64,000 nucleotides of DNA from an uncultured delta proteobacterium (lineage in GTDB: Bacteria; Myxococcota; UBA727; VGSZ01). The stretch is from the NCBI GenBank assembly GCA_963775425.1, contig CAVZJB010000007.1:272613-336612 (forward strand), in the 5' to 3' direction. This document shows, in pieces, positions 49,980 to 61,186 of the stretch. The translations under genes and the position numbers were made by a program. The notes beneath the pieces are model-generated. The model ran no database searches. It had not been told where the DNA came from and was given only the letters and a program-made list of their open reading frames with translations. Position 1 is the stretch's first letter; every line of letters begins with the position of its first letter.

Positions 49980-52445
49980 TCACTGCTGCAGGAAGCGCAC
50001 GGCTTGATCCCGGGCGGCGGAGCCCTCGAGCGAGGTGGGGTCGAGGAGGAAGCCGTGGTTGGACACGAGCGGGTGGTACTCGCTGATGCCGACGTGCATG
50101 GCCGCAGAGAGCGCGCGCGTGGCGGCGTTTGGCACGACGAGGTCGGTGTCGGCCATCTGCAGGATCACGCGCTTGTGCTGCCAGTCGGCGGGGCAGTCGA
50201 CGGTGGCGCGCGGCGCCAGGTTCAGCGGGTCGACGGGGTCGAGCAGGAGGTGGGCGACGTCCTCGAAGTCCGCGAAGGCGTCGCTGCCGCGCGCGATGTT
50301 GCGCTTGTTGAGCTCCGCGTCGAGGAGCGGCGACAGCACCGTGGAGTCCTCGAGCGTGACGACGAGGTCCGCGCCCGGGACGTTCAGGACGAAGTCGTCG
50401 ATGGCCGTGGTGGAGCCCGACATGGCCGCGCCGAAGATGCCCCCGAGGGAGATGCCGAGCCACCCGAAGTGGTCGTGGGCGAAGACGTCGTCGCCGGCGA
50501 CGCCGTCGAGGCCGCCGGCGCCGAGCAGGCGCAGGCCCTGGCGGAGGTCGACCATGCCCTGGAGGAAGTGATCGCGCGAAGCCACGAGGTCGTCGACGAG
50601 GACGAAGGCCTCTCCGGTGGCCAGCGGGATGTGCGGGCCGCCCTCCCAGGGGCTGTCACCCTCGGCCAGGGAGCCCGGGGCGCCGTGGCTGTCCTTGCAC
50701 TGGTGGTCCGCGCCGCAGGTCTGAAACAGGGCGCAGTGCGCGTCGACGAGGCAGACGGTGCGCTCGCCGTGCATGGGCAGATCGATGGCGAAGGTGGCGA
50801 AGCCGGCCTGCGCGAGCTGGTCGGCGATGAGGTACGCGAGCTCCTTGGCCGTGATGAGGCCGTGGCCGAAGACGACGACGGGGATGGGGCCGCCGTCCGC
50901 GGGCGCCGGCGGCACCGTGAGGATGAAGGGGACCTCGCCCGTGCGCGGCGCGCCCGCGCGCAGCGTCACCGGATCGATGAAGTCGAGGCTCGAGTAGGTG
51001 CCCGACACCACCGTGTCGACGTGCGGGATGACGGCGTAGAGCCCGCGGTCCCATGGCGACTGCACCACCACGTCGTGCACGGCCGGTGACACGTCCGCGG
51101 CCATGCGCGCGGCGGCGTCGACGAAAGCGAACGCGTCGAGCGTGGAAAACGGCACCGCCATCCGCACGCGATCGCGGCCGACGGCGTCGACGAGCGGTTG
51201 CAGCTCGGCGCGCGCGCCCTCGAGCGCGCGGGCGTGGTCGTCGCTGAGGACCGCGGTGACGGCGCGGCCGTCGACGGCGAGCGGCGCGGCGGCGACGAGC
51301 AAGGCGGCGTCGAGCGACGGGGCCACCTCGCGGCCGCCGGCGCGGGCGTCGGCGGTGACGACGACGGCGTAGCGTCGCGCGGGCCGAAGCGCCGGGCTCT
51401 TGTGCAAAAAGACCGTGGACGCGTCCGCCGACAGCGTGACGTCGACGCCGTCGACGGCGGCGGGGCCCGCGGGATCGTCGAGGGCGTACAGCGAGAAGCC
51501 GGCGGTGCCGTCGGCGCGCCCCGAGAGGGGGACGCGCACGCGCGCGGACGTCGAGAAGCCCCGGACGGACCCGGCGGCTTCCTCGGCGACGGCGCGCTCG
51601 GCGGGGTCGAGCATGCCGTCGAGGTCGGCGGGCGGCAGGGTGGTGCGGCCGTCGGCGTCGCGGGCGAAGTCGCTCGGCCACGGGCCGCTGCGCTGTTGCA
51701 CGTCGAGCACGACGCGCGGAGCGCCGCTGACGGTGAACGACGAGGCCACGAGCACGGCGTCGCGGTCGAAGCCGCCGGCCACGGCGACGTCGAGGTTGTC
51801 GCCGACGATGCCCTGGATGCGATCGAGCTTGTCGGCGGTGGCGCGCGCGCCGGGGAGGTCCTCGACGGCGACGTCGTCGCCGGCGGCGAAGGCGAAGCTG
51901 GCGCTGCGGACGACGGGCGCGCCGGCGGCCCCGCGCAGCCCCGTGGACCCGCCGAGCGCGACGAGGACGTAGCGCGCGCCGGCCACGAGCGGGGCGGCGG
52001 GCACGACGAGGGCGCCGCGGCCGCCGAGGGTGGCGGAGACGGCGGCGTCGACGCGCGAGCCGTCCTCGCGCAGCAGGGCGACGCCGCCCGCGAGGCTGTC
52101 GGCGTCGACGGCGGCGGAGAATTCGAGGGCGGCGGGGGTGTCGGCGGGGGCGCCCTCGTTCAGCGCCACGAAGCGCAGGAGCGCGCCGCGCACGTCGCCG
52201 GGCGAGGCGTCGGGCGGGAGCACGCCGTGGCTGCGCGCGTCGAGGAAGAGCGCGTCGGGGAAGGGCAGCACGCCCTCCGCCGGCGACCACAGGACCTCGA
52301 CGACGGGGTCGGCGGGGGCGGGCGCATAGTCGGTGCCCGCGGGGGCCTCGGTGCAGGCGGCGCCCGCCGCGAGGAGGAGCGCCGCGGCGGCGAAGCGCGC
52401 GGAGCCGCTCGCGGGGGTCGCAATATCGTGACTGTTGCGTCGCAT
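49980..52445 (-). CDS. Extracellular lipase-like alpha/beta hydrolase with N-terminal Ig-like domains (Pla-1/VolA-like lipoprotein)
   Basis: Lipobox GAAC; PFP/PWPSD; VVFGHGL, AIDLPMHG, GISLGG nucleophile elbow, D.VVPN, HGFL. Confidence 0.82.
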   Translation of the reverse strand: MRRNSHDIATPASGSARFAAAALLLAAGAACTEAPAGTDYAPAPADPVVEVLWSPAEGVLPFPDALFLDARSHGVLPPDASPGDVRGALLRFVALNEGAPADTPAALEFSAAVDADSLAGGVALLREDGSRVDAAVSATLGGRGALVVPAAPLVAGARYVLVALGGSTGLRGAAGAPVVRSASFAFAAGDDVAVEDLPGARATADKLDRIQGIVGDNLDVAVAGGFDRDAVLVASSFTVSGAPRVVLDVQQRSGPWPSDFARDADGRTTLPPADLDGMLDPAERAVAEEAAGSVRGFSTSARVRVPLSGRADGTAGFSLYALDDPAGPAAVDGVDVTLSADASTVFLHKSPALRPARRYAVVVTADARAGGREVAPSLDAALLVAAAPLAVDGRAVTAVLSDDHARALEGARAELQPLVDAVGRDRVRMAVPFSTLDAFAFVDAAARMAADVSPAVHDVVVQSPWDRGLYAVIPHVDTVVSGTYSSLDFIDPVTLRAGAPRTGEVPFILTVPPAPADGGPIPVVVFGHGLITAKELAYLIADQLAQAGFATFAIDLPMHGERTVCLVDAHCALFQTCGADHQCKDSHGAPGSLAEGDSPWEGGPHIPLATGEAFVLVDDLVASRDHFLQGMVDLRQGLRLLGAGGLDGVAGDDVFAHDHFGWLGISLGGIFGAAMSGSTTAIDDFVLNVPGADLVVTLEDSTVLSPLLDAELNKRNIARGSDAFADFEDVAHLLLDPVDPLNLAPRATVDCPADWQHKRVILQMADTDLVVPNAATRALSAAMHVGISEYHPLVSNHGFLLDPTSLEGSAARDQAVRFLQQ

Positions 52446-52476
52446 GTTCGCTCCCAAAGGCCGGGGACCTTCCCGC

Positions 52477-52495
52477 TGACTGATTCGTCAGTCAA
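52477..52495 (-). promoter_or_regulatory. Palindromic operator overlapping a TTGACT -35 upstream of the lipase-like gene
   Basis: TGACTGA-N4-TCAGTCA perfect palindrome. Confidence 0.6.
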
Positions 52496-52615
52496 TCCTT
52501 CCCGTATCCGACGTCAGGGGGATGAAACCGCAGGAAACGGTTTCGCGACCGGTCGTCGCGCGCGGCCGTGCGCGGGCGCATTGCGCGACGTGCGGCGGCG
52601 GGTGAGACGCGGACC

Positions 52616-53206
<591 letters not shown>

Positions 53207-53234
53207 GCGAATCGCGAGCGCGGCGCCGCACGGG

Positions 53235-53844
53235 CTAGCGCAGGCGGATTCTTGCGCTTGCGGGTGCCGCCGGCGTCGGCGGGGACGGGCGGCGGCGTGG
53301 CGGTGCGCGGCAGCGCCTGCTGCGGCGACGCGGGTGTGGCGGGCTGGACCTCGAGCGGCGCGGGGGCCGGCTCGACAGGCGCGAGGGCGGCGTCCAGCGT
53401 GGCGCGGATGCGCGCGAGCTCGGCCTCCGAGCGCGCGACGTCGTCGCGCAGGGCCTCGAGCTGCGCCCGGTGCTCGTTTTGGGCGATGTGGAGGTTGGCC
53501 TCGGCGATGGCGCGGCGGCGATCGGACTCCACCGCGTGGCGCTCGCCGTCCTCGCGCGCGTCGGCGAGCTCGATGGTGAGCTCCTCGATCAAGTCCTGGC
53601 GCATCTTGGCGTCGGTGGCGATCTGCTGCTCGTGCGCGATCCGCATCGACGCGATGCGGTTGTCCGACTCCTTGCGCATGATGTCGAAGCTGGCGTCGCG
53701 CTCGCGCTCGAGCCGCGCGATGCGCTCCTCGTACTCCTCGCGCAGCGCCTGCAGGTCGTTGAAGTCGAAGACACCCCCGCCGTCGTCGGACGAGGCCGGT
53801 GCGTCGGTCGGCGTGGCGACGACGTCTGTCGGGCTTTGGGCCAT
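53235..53844 (-). CDS. Coiled-coil protein with a probable 1-nt frameshift near the 3' end
   Basis: SD GGAGG before ATG 53844; heptad-rich; removing one T at 53249-53250 gives ...RKRKIRLR-stop at 53235. Confidence 0.65.
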
Positions 53845-53971
53845 GGAGTCCTCCCGATCAGTCATAGAGCACGAAGCGATCCTAAACACAGACGGCGCTC
53901 CGGCGCGCTGCTGAAACACCCGCGCGACGACCGACCGATGTCCGGGCCGTGTCCGGGACGTCCGGCCTACA

Positions 53972-56260
53972 TCACCGCTGCATGACGACGTTGAGCGACG
54001 CCATGTGCCCGGGCTTCACCTCGACGTGCTCCATGCGCACGATGCCCTTGTAGACGAGCTTCACGTCGTAGCTGCCGGCGACGACGTCGACGGGCCTCAG
54101 CGGCGTGATCCCCAGCCGCTCCTTGCCGATGAAGACCTCCGCGAACGGCCGCGCACGCACGTCGAGGAGCTGGTGGGGCAGGCCCTTGTAGTCCACGCGG
54201 TTGGTGCGCGCGTCGACGACGACGCGGGTGCGGCCGCCGCGCTTGGTGTCCACCGCGAACAGCACGCGCGACCCTTCGATCCGCAGCGTGTGGTTGCCGC
54301 TGCCGAGCACCTCACCGTTCGCCCCCTGCCACTGCACGCGCCCCGGCGCCAGCAACGCGACGCGCCGCACCACCGGGTGGTGCGGCCGCTCGTGGTGCAC
54401 CTTGCCGCCGCCGCGCTCGCCCTCGTCGCCGGGCTTGTCGCTCGCGCCCGCGTCCTCGGCGCCGGCCGGCTCGCCGGCGCCCTCGTCGCCGCCGGCGTCG
54501 TCGGCGCCGCCGGCGTCGTCGACGGCGTCGTCCTCGGCGGCGGCCCCCGCGTCCTCGCCGCCGGCGGCCACGGCTGCCGTCGACGACGCCGGCGAGGCGC
54601 CCGCGTCCTCGACGGCGGCCTCGCCGGCGTCGGCGGCGGCCACGGGCGGCGGGGCGATCACCCGCACCCCGGCGTCGGGCGCGACCACCAGCACGGGCTT
54701 TTCGTCCTCGCTGAAGGGCCGCGCGCCGAAGAAGCCGCCGAACCAGCCGGCGGCGACGGCGACGACGACGGCGGTGGCGACGCCCGCGAGCACCGGCAGC
54801 GCCCGCGAGGGCGCCTGCATGACGACGGGCGAGGTCTCGAACGTGGGCGACTCCATCGACGGCAGCACCACGGGCGAGAGGTCCGGCGCCGTGCGCTGGC
54901 CGCCGTCCTCGTTCGGCTCCAACTGGTGCAGCAGCGTGGGCTGCGCGCTCACGTCGAGCGGGCTCGGGGGGACGGCGACGTCGCCGAGGGGCACCGAGGC
55001 GGCGCGCACGCGCTCGACGTCGATGATGGGGTCGGAGGGCAGGCCGTCGCCGGCGGCGGAGGCGCTGGCGCGCTTGGCCTCGTCGGTGGAGACGTCGACG
55101 CCGGTGAGCTCGGTGGCGGGGCCGAGCGTGTCGGCGGCCGGAGCGAAGATGGCGACCTTCTGCGTGTCGGCGGCGAGCGGGACGGCGGCGATGCGCATGC
55201 GCGTGGGCAACGCCGCGGGATCGTCGGGCGCCTGCGGCGGCTGATCGGGCCACAGGAGCGCGGGCGCGGCGGCGAGGCCGGGCGGGATGACCTCGTGGTC
55301 GACGTGGGGCCAGCGCCGCGCCGCCTCCACCAACGCCTGCGGCGCCGGCGCGCCGCGGGGGAGGCCCACGAGCAGCGTGAGCAGCGTGTCGTGGAGCGTG
55401 CCCGCGCTCTGCATGCGCTTTTCGCGGTCCTTCTCGAGGAGCGAGAGCACGAGCTGCTCGAGGAGCAGCGGCACCCTCGGGTTGAGCGCGCGCGGCGGCC
55501 GCGGCTCATCCTCGAGGATGGCCTTCATGGTGTGGACGTCGGTCATGCCGTCGAACGGCCGCCGCCCGGTCAACAGCCAGTAGAGCACCACGCCCATGGA
55601 GAAGAGGTCCGCGCGCGAGTCCACGGTCTCCCCGTGCAGCAGCTCCGGCGCCATGAACGGCACCTTGCCCTTGAGCTCGCCCGCCTGCGTGAGCTGATCG
55701 AGCCCCTCCTTCTTGGCGATGCCGAAGTCGATGAGCTTGGTGGTGCCCGACTGCGTGACGAAGAGGTTGTCGGGGCTGACGTCCCTGTGGATGACGTTCT
55801 GGGGCCTGCCGGCGGGGTCGGTGAAGCTGTGCGCGTGGTCGAGCCCGAGCGCGGCGTCGGCGATGATCTGGATGAGCGGCTCGATGGGCAGCGGCCGCCC
55901 CACGCTCCAGTGCCGCTCGGCCACTTCGCGCAGCGAGAGCCCCTCGAGGTACTCGAGCGCCAGGAAGTATTCGCCCTGGTCGGCGTCGAGCTCGATGATG
56001 CGCACGATGTTCTGGTGATCGAGGCTCGCGAGCACCTTGGCCTCGCGCAGGAACATGTCCACGAAGCGCGGGTTCTTCACGAGCGCCGGGCGGATGCGCT
56101 TGACGACGACCTGCTTTTCGAAGCCCGCGGGGCCCTCGGCGCGGGCGAGGAAGACCTCGGCCATGCCGCCCGCGCCGAGGCGGCGCTCGAGGCGGTAGCG
56201 ACCCAGACGCGGCCGCTGGCCGGGGTCGCCGGCCAGGATCTCGGTCTTCTCGTCGGTCAT
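53972..56260 (-). CDS. Membrane-anchored Pkn-type Ser/Thr protein kinase
   Basis: LGAGGMAEV, VVVKRI, HRDVSPDN, DFGIAK, GKVPFMAPE; TM helix; C-terminal PEGA-like beta domain. Confidence 0.93.
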   Translation of the reverse strand: MTDEKTEILAGDPGQRPRLGRYRLERRLGAGGMAEVFLARAEGPAGFEKQVVVKRIRPALVKNPRFVDMFLREAKVLASLDHQNIVRIIELDADQGEYFLALEYLEGLSLREVAERHWSVGRPLPIEPLIQIIADAALGLDHAHSFTDPAGRPQNVIHRDVSPDNLFVTQSGTTKLIDFGIAKKEGLDQLTQAGELKGKVPFMAPELLHGETVDSRADLFSMGVVLYWLLTGRRPFDGMTDVHTMKAILEDEPRPPRALNPRVPLLLEQLVLSLLEKDREKRMQSAGTLHDTLLTLLVGLPRGAPAPQALVEAARRWPHVDHEVIPPGLAAAPALLWPDQPPQAPDDPAALPTRMRIAAVPLAADTQKVAIFAPAADTLGPATELTGVDVSTDEAKRASASAAGDGLPSDPIIDVERVRAASVPLGDVAVPPSPLDVSAQPTLLHQLEPNEDGGQRTAPDLSPVVLPSMESPTFETSPVVMQAPSRALPVLAGVATAVVVAVAAGWFGGFFGARPFSEDEKPVLVVAPDAGVRVIAPPPVAAADAGEAAVEDAGASPASSTAAVAAGGEDAGAAAEDDAVDDAGGADDAGGDEGAGEPAGAEDAGASDKPGDEGERGGGKVHHERPHHPVVRRVALLAPGRVQWQGANGEVLGSGNHTLRIEGSRVLFAVDTKRGGRTRVVVDARTNRVDYKGLPHQLLDVRARPFAEVFIGKERLGITPLRPVDVVAGSYDVKLVYKGIVRMEHVEVKPGHMASLNVVMQR

Positions 56261-56310
56261 GTCCGAAGGGCAGATTGGCACGCGGCGGCGCCTCTGTGCA
56301 GCATGGGGCC

Positions 56311-57768
56311 ATGCTCGCCCTGGCCCTCGCTGCGTCGCTCCTGGCGGCCGCCCCCCCGCGGATCATCGTGCTCGACGTCGCCACCGAGGAAAAAGGCATC
56401 AAGCCGTCGTCGCTGGCGGCCCTCACCGAGCTCACCACCCTCGAATTGACCCGGTACGCCGAGGGCGGCCGGCTGTTCGACGTGCTGTCGGGGCGGGAGC
56501 TGCGGGACGCCCTCAAGCTCGAGGGCGAACGGCAGAGCATCGGGTGCGACAAGACGTCCTGCGCGGGCGAGATCGCCCAGGCCTTCGGCGCGCGCTACGT
56601 GGTGTTCCTGGTGCTGTCGCGGCTCGGCGGCGAGATGACGCTGACGTTGTCGATGTTCGACTCCGAAGAGGCCCGCGTCGTCGGCCGCGCCGCCGACCAG
56701 GCGCGCACGGTGGCCGATCTCGCCGGCGGCCTCCCCGACGCCGTGCGCACGCTGGCCTCGAGCATCGTGAAGGTGGGCGCGGTCCCGCAGTCCCACGCCC
56801 GCACCCGCCGCGGGGCGCGCGGGCCGGCCGCGGGGGCGGGCCAGGCGCGGGCGGTGGTGTACCCGGAGCTGTCCGACGACGAGGTGCCGCTCGTCGACGA
56901 GCCGCTCACCGAGGAGGACGCCGCCGTGTGCGGCTACGACGACCGCGAGGATCGCTGGAGCTGCGGGGGCAAGGACGGCGTCGTCACCGTCGAGCTGCGC
57001 CGCGCGGGGAGCGCCTCCACCCACGCCGTCGCCCGCTTCCGGCCGCACGTGAAGGATCGCTGCCTCGACGCCGTCGACGTCGAGCTGCAAAGCGGCGACG
57101 AGACCGTCACGGTCGACTGGCGCGACGCCGTCTTCGTCGTCGACGGCGTCGCCGTCCCCGCGCGGCCCGCGCGCTCCTACGAGCGGCCTGTGAGCGCCCC
57201 CGCCGGCGTGGTGGCGGCCGAGCGCATCGTCCCCCGCAGCGCCGCCTGCGTCGGCGGCACCTCGCTCGACGGCAAGGAGCGCGAGACCGCCTCGCTCACG
57301 CTCGGCTACCTCGTGGGCGCCACGCCGGCGCGGGCCAAGTTCCTGCGGGTGAAGGCCCGCGGCACCGTCCCCGAGGACGCGCTCCTCGCCCACGCGCGCC
57401 CGCCCGAGGACCCGGTGCCGCCCGCCGACCTCGTCGATCCCGACACCTCGCGCTTTTCCTGGGGCCTCGCCGGCGGCCTGGGCGTCGGCGCCGCGATCGG
57501 CGGCCTCACGGGCCTGTTCGTCGGCGGCGTGTGGATGCCGAGGAGCGCCACGCTCGCCGACCGCGCCAGCGTCGGCGGCGGCTACGGCGGGATCTGCGCC
57601 GTGTGCGCCGGCCTCCCGCTCGGCATCGGCGGCCTCGTCTACGACGGCGCGCAGGACGCGGCGCTCGAGAACGAAAAGCGCGCCACCGCCAACTACCGGC
57701 GCGAGAAGAAGCGGGTGGCCGCGTGGCGGCGCTTCGTCGCCGGTCAGGACGCGCGCGCGCGGCACTGA
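56311..57768 (+). CDS. Exported protein with CsgG/TolB-N-like domain and C-terminal hydrophobic helices
   Basis: PRIIVLDV..GCDKTSCAGEIAQAFGARYVV..LSRLGG; similar to 46226-47095. Confidence 0.72.
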   Translation: MLALALAASLLAAAPPRIIVLDVATEEKGIKPSSLAALTELTTLELTRYAEGGRLFDVLSGRELRDALKLEGERQSIGCDKTSCAGEIAQAFGARYVVFLVLSRLGGEMTLTLSMFDSEEARVVGRAADQARTVADLAGGLPDAVRTLASSIVKVGAVPQSHARTRRGARGPAAGAGQARAVVYPELSDDEVPLVDEPLTEEDAAVCGYDDREDRWSCGGKDGVVTVELRRAGSASTHAVARFRPHVKDRCLDAVDVELQSGDETVTVDWRDAVFVVDGVAVPARPARSYERPVSAPAGVVAAERIVPRSAACVGGTSLDGKERETASLTLGYLVGATPARAKFLRVKARGTVPEDALLAHARPPEDPVPPADLVDPDTSRFSWGLAGGLGVGAAIGGLTGLFVGGVWMPRSATLADRASVGGGYGGICAVCAGLPLGIGGLVYDGAQDAALENEKRATANYRREKKRVAAWRRFVAGQDARARH

Positions 57769-58496
57769 TCCGAGACGCACGCGAAGCCGGCCGGGCAAAA
57801 CGGGCCGACGTCCGTCGAGCAGAAGTCGCTGCAGTAGGGCGGCTCGACGTGGTCGTCGTTCTCGTCGACGTCGATGCAGGTGCCGCCGAGGCAGTCGCCG
57901 GACGCGTCGGGGCTCGTGCAGGGCGTGCCGATGGGGACGCTGCACACCTCGTGCGACGCGCTCCCGGTGGCGTGGCAGCGCTCGTCGCCCGGACAGACCC
58001 CCTCGCCGTCGCAGCTCTGCCGGCACACGCCCGGCGACGTGCCGTTGAAGTCCTCGTCGACGCAGCTTTCGGACTTGTCGCAGTCGCCGTCGCTCTTGCA
58101 GCGGTGGCCCGCCGCCGTGTCGGTGCAGGAGCCGCAGGTGAGGTCGTCGCAGCGGCTGACGTCGTAGGAGACCTCGCCGACGCAGGTGTTGGTGTCGGGG
58201 TCGCAGCACTCGTTGTCGTTGCAGTCGTCGACGCTGCCGCACAGGCGCGCGTCGGGGCGCTCGTCGGCGACGGCGGCGTCGAGGGAGACGCAGGTGCCGC
58301 GCACGACGCCGCAGCCGGCCTCGAAGCTGCGCGCGATCCGACACACCTCGCCGCCGGCGCAGTCGCGGTTGACGTTGCAGCCGTGGCCGAGAAACACGCA
58401 GGGATCGGGGCAGCCGGCGGCGGCGCCGACGACGACGGCGGCGATGGCGACGACGGCGGCGACGACGACGCCGCAGGGGACGGGCCCCCGCGCCAC
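57744..58496 (-). CDS. Cysteine-rich lipoprotein
   Basis: Lipobox AAGC; repeated CxxxxDCxxxExC modules; start uncertain. Confidence 0.72.
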   Translation of the reverse strand: MARGPVPCGVVVAAVVAIAAVVVGAAAGCPDPCVFLGHGCNVNRDCAGGEVCRIARSFEAGCGVVRGTCVSLDAAVADERPDARLCGSVDDCNDNECCDPDTNTCVGEVSYDVSRCDDLTCGSCTDTAAGHRCKSDGDCDKSESCVDEDFNGTSPGVCRQSCDGEGVCPGDERCHATGSASHEVCSVPIGTPCTSPDASGDCLGGTCIDVDENDDHVEPPYCSDFCSTDVGPFCPAGFACVSDQCRARAS

Positions 58497-58513
58497 GGCG
58501 AGGGCCGCGCGGC

Positions 58514-61102
58514 TCAGATGCCGCCCCGCTTCTGCGCTTCGTCGAGGGACGCGGCGGAGCCCGCCTGCTCGGGCTCGGGCTCCTTGCCGCAGCGGAAGGG
58601 CGCCACGAACGAGTGGGGCTTGTCCGTGTAGATGCGCTTGCCGTTCTGGTTGTTGACGCGGGCGAAGCATACGCCTTCGGGCGGGGTCCAGTCGGGCTCG
58701 TCCACGCCGTTGAGCGCGTCCTTCATGTAGTCGAACCAGATGGGCAAGGCGGTGCGGCCGCCCTGCTCCCCGACGGACAGCGGGTACTCGTGGGTGTCGT
58801 AGCCGACCCACACGGTGGTCACGAGCGTGGGCGTGTAGCCGGAGAACCAGGTGTCGAAGGAGTCGTTGGTGGTGCCGGTCTTGCCCGCGACGGGGCGGTG
58901 CAGCCGGGACGCGTTGGCGCCGGTGCCGCGCGTGGCCACCTGGGTGAGCAGGTAGTGCAACAGGAAGGTGTCGACGGGGTCGATGGCGCGGCGCGGCCGC
59001 TCCTCGAGCAGGCGGTACAGCGAGTCGATGCGCTGCGCGTGGGTCTGCCAGGGATCGTTGGGGCTCGCGTGCTGCTCGAGGACGTTGCCGTCGCGGTCGG
59101 TGATGCGCTTGATGAACGCGGGCTCGGGGCGAAGCCCCATGCGCGCGAAGATCACGTAGACGCTGGCGAGCTCCCACGGCGTCAGGCAGGAGCTGCCGAG
59201 CGCGGAGCCGAGCTCCTCCTTGACCGGCGACTTGACGCCGAGGTGCTTGGCCCAATCGACGACGTTCTTGATGCCCACGGTCTGCATGGTGTGCAGCGCC
59301 GGCATGTTCATGGAGAAGCTGAGCGCGTCGCGGCAGGTGACCTCGCCCTTGAACTCGCCCTCGTAGTTCTGGGGCTTCCACGACTTGCCGATGTCCTCGT
59401 CGCGCACGGTGATGGGCGTGTCGAGGATCATGGTGGCGGGCGTGAATTCCTCGCGCGCGATGGCCGCCGAGTACAGGATGGGCTTGAACGCCGACCCCGG
59501 CTGCAGGCACGACTGGAACGCGCGGTTGAACTCGCTGTCCTCGTAGGAGTAGCCGCCGATCATGGCCTCGACGTAGCCCGTGTGCGGGTTCATCGAGATG
59601 AGCGCCGCCTGCACCCGCGGCACCTGGTCGAGGGTGCACAGCGGGTGCTCCTTGTCGACGTCGGCCTCGTCGGGGAGCTTCTGGATGGTCTGGTCCACCC
59701 CCATGGCGTTTTTGAGGAACTTCGGCCGCGAGAACCACGGCTGCGCGAGCACCACGTCGCCGACCTTCACGACCTTCCTGACGTCGTCGATCTTGTGCAG
59801 GTCCCAGCGCTCGCTGGAGTTGGGCTTGCGCGCCCAGCGCATGCCCGCGAGCGGCAGCCGGGCGGTGAGCTTCTCGCCGATGCGAACGACGGCCCACTGG
59901 TTGCCGGCGTCGACCTCGGTGACCACGGAGAGGATGGGGTAGCCCTCCTCCACGCCGTCCTTGCCGATGAGCTTCTTGTCGACGAGCTTGAGGGTGGCGG
60001 CGAGCTTCTTGTCGTCGAGCTTGCCCTTGCCGTCGACGAGCTGGGCCACGGGCCCGAGGTAGCCCTGGCGCTTGTCGGTGGCGCGCACGCCGTCGGTGAG
60101 CGACTCCTCGGCGTAGTGCTCGCGCTCGAGGTCGAGCGTGGTCGAGATGGTGAGGCCGTCCTCGAGGAGCGCCTTGTTGCCGTAGTTCTCGACGACGTAG
60201 CGGCGCACGTGCTCGGTGAAGTAGGGCGCCGTGTCGAGGAAGCGGTCGTCCCGGGGGTGGACGGTCTTTTCGACGCTCTTTTCGAGGGCCTCCTGCCGCT
60301 CGGCCTCCGTGATGTAGCCCTCCTCCTTCATCCGGCGCAGCACGTACTCCTGGCGCGCCCGGGCCGCGGTGGGCCGCACGAAGGGAGAGAAGCGCGACGG
60401 CGCCTGCGGCAAGCCCGCGAGCAGCGACATCTCGGCGAGGGTGAGCTCGGAGACGTCCTTCCTGAAGTAGTTCTCGCTGGCGGCCTCGACGCCGTAGGCG
60501 CCGTGCCCGAGGTAGACCTGATTGAGGTAGAGCCAGAGGATCTCCTCCTTGTTCAGGTTCTGCTCGAGGCGGCTGGCGAGGATGGCCTCGCGGACCTTGC
60601 GCTTGACGGTGCGGGCGGTGCCCTTCTCGAAGCCCTCCTGGGACACGAGCAGGCTCTTGGCGAGCTGCTGCGTGAGGGTGGAGGCGCCGCGGAGCTTCTG
60701 GCCCGGGTGCACGACCTTTTGGAGGACGGCGTTCACCATGCCGAACCAGTCGATGCCGTGGTGGTCGAAGAAGTGCTGGTCCTCGGACGAGATGAACGCC
60801 TGGATGAGCCGCTTGGGGATGCGCTCGTAGGGCACGACGATGCGGCGCTCGCTGTAGAACTCGCCGATGAGGCGGCCGTCGACGGAGAGGACCTTGGTGG
60901 TGAGCTTGGGGTGGTACTGGTCGACGCTGGTGAACTCGGGCAGGTCGCGCGAGTAGGCCACGAAGAGCACGGCGCCCACCGCCGCGCCCGCGAGGACGCC
61001 GACGCAGGCCACGAACAGGGCGAAACGCAGCACCCGGACGAAGAGACCGGAGCGGCGCCGCTCCCCGTGGAGCGCAACGGGCGTGCTCGTGTTGTCGGTC
61101 AT
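58514..61102 (-). CDS. mrcA: Class A penicillin-binding protein PBP1A
   Basis: EDQHFFDHHG, GASTLTQQ, RKVRE; transpeptidase SAFK, SMN, KTGT. Confidence 0.94.
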   Translation of the reverse strand: MTDNTSTPVALHGERRRSGLFVRVLRFALFVACVGVLAGAAVGAVLFVAYSRDLPEFTSVDQYHPKLTTKVLSVDGRLIGEFYSERRIVVPYERIPKRLIQAFISSEDQHFFDHHGIDWFGMVNAVLQKVVHPGQKLRGASTLTQQLAKSLLVSQEGFEKGTARTVKRKVREAILASRLEQNLNKEEILWLYLNQVYLGHGAYGVEAASENYFRKDVSELTLAEMSLLAGLPQAPSRFSPFVRPTAARARQEYVLRRMKEEGYITEAERQEALEKSVEKTVHPRDDRFLDTAPYFTEHVRRYVVENYGNKALLEDGLTISTTLDLEREHYAEESLTDGVRATDKRQGYLGPVAQLVDGKGKLDDKKLAATLKLVDKKLIGKDGVEEGYPILSVVTEVDAGNQWAVVRIGEKLTARLPLAGMRWARKPNSSERWDLHKIDDVRKVVKVGDVVLAQPWFSRPKFLKNAMGVDQTIQKLPDEADVDKEHPLCTLDQVPRVQAALISMNPHTGYVEAMIGGYSYEDSEFNRAFQSCLQPGSAFKPILYSAAIAREEFTPATMILDTPITVRDEDIGKSWKPQNYEGEFKGEVTCRDALSFSMNMPALHTMQTVGIKNVVDWAKHLGVKSPVKEELGSALGSSCLTPWELASVYVIFARMGLRPEPAFIKRITDRDGNVLEQHASPNDPWQTHAQRIDSLYRLLEERPRRAIDPVDTFLLHYLLTQVATRGTGANASRLHRPVAGKTGTTNDSFDTWFSGYTPTLVTTVWVGYDTHEYPLSVGEQGGRTALPIWFDYMKDALNGVDEPDWTPPEGVCFARVNNQNGKRIYTDKPHSFVAPFRCGKEPEPEQAGSAASLDEAQKRGGI

Positions 61103-61186
61103 CGGCGCAGAACCTACCACTGACAAGGGTTGGTTCAACAATCGACGTCGGTGGCCGGGCATTCCACCGTCGAACAGCTATCCGCT

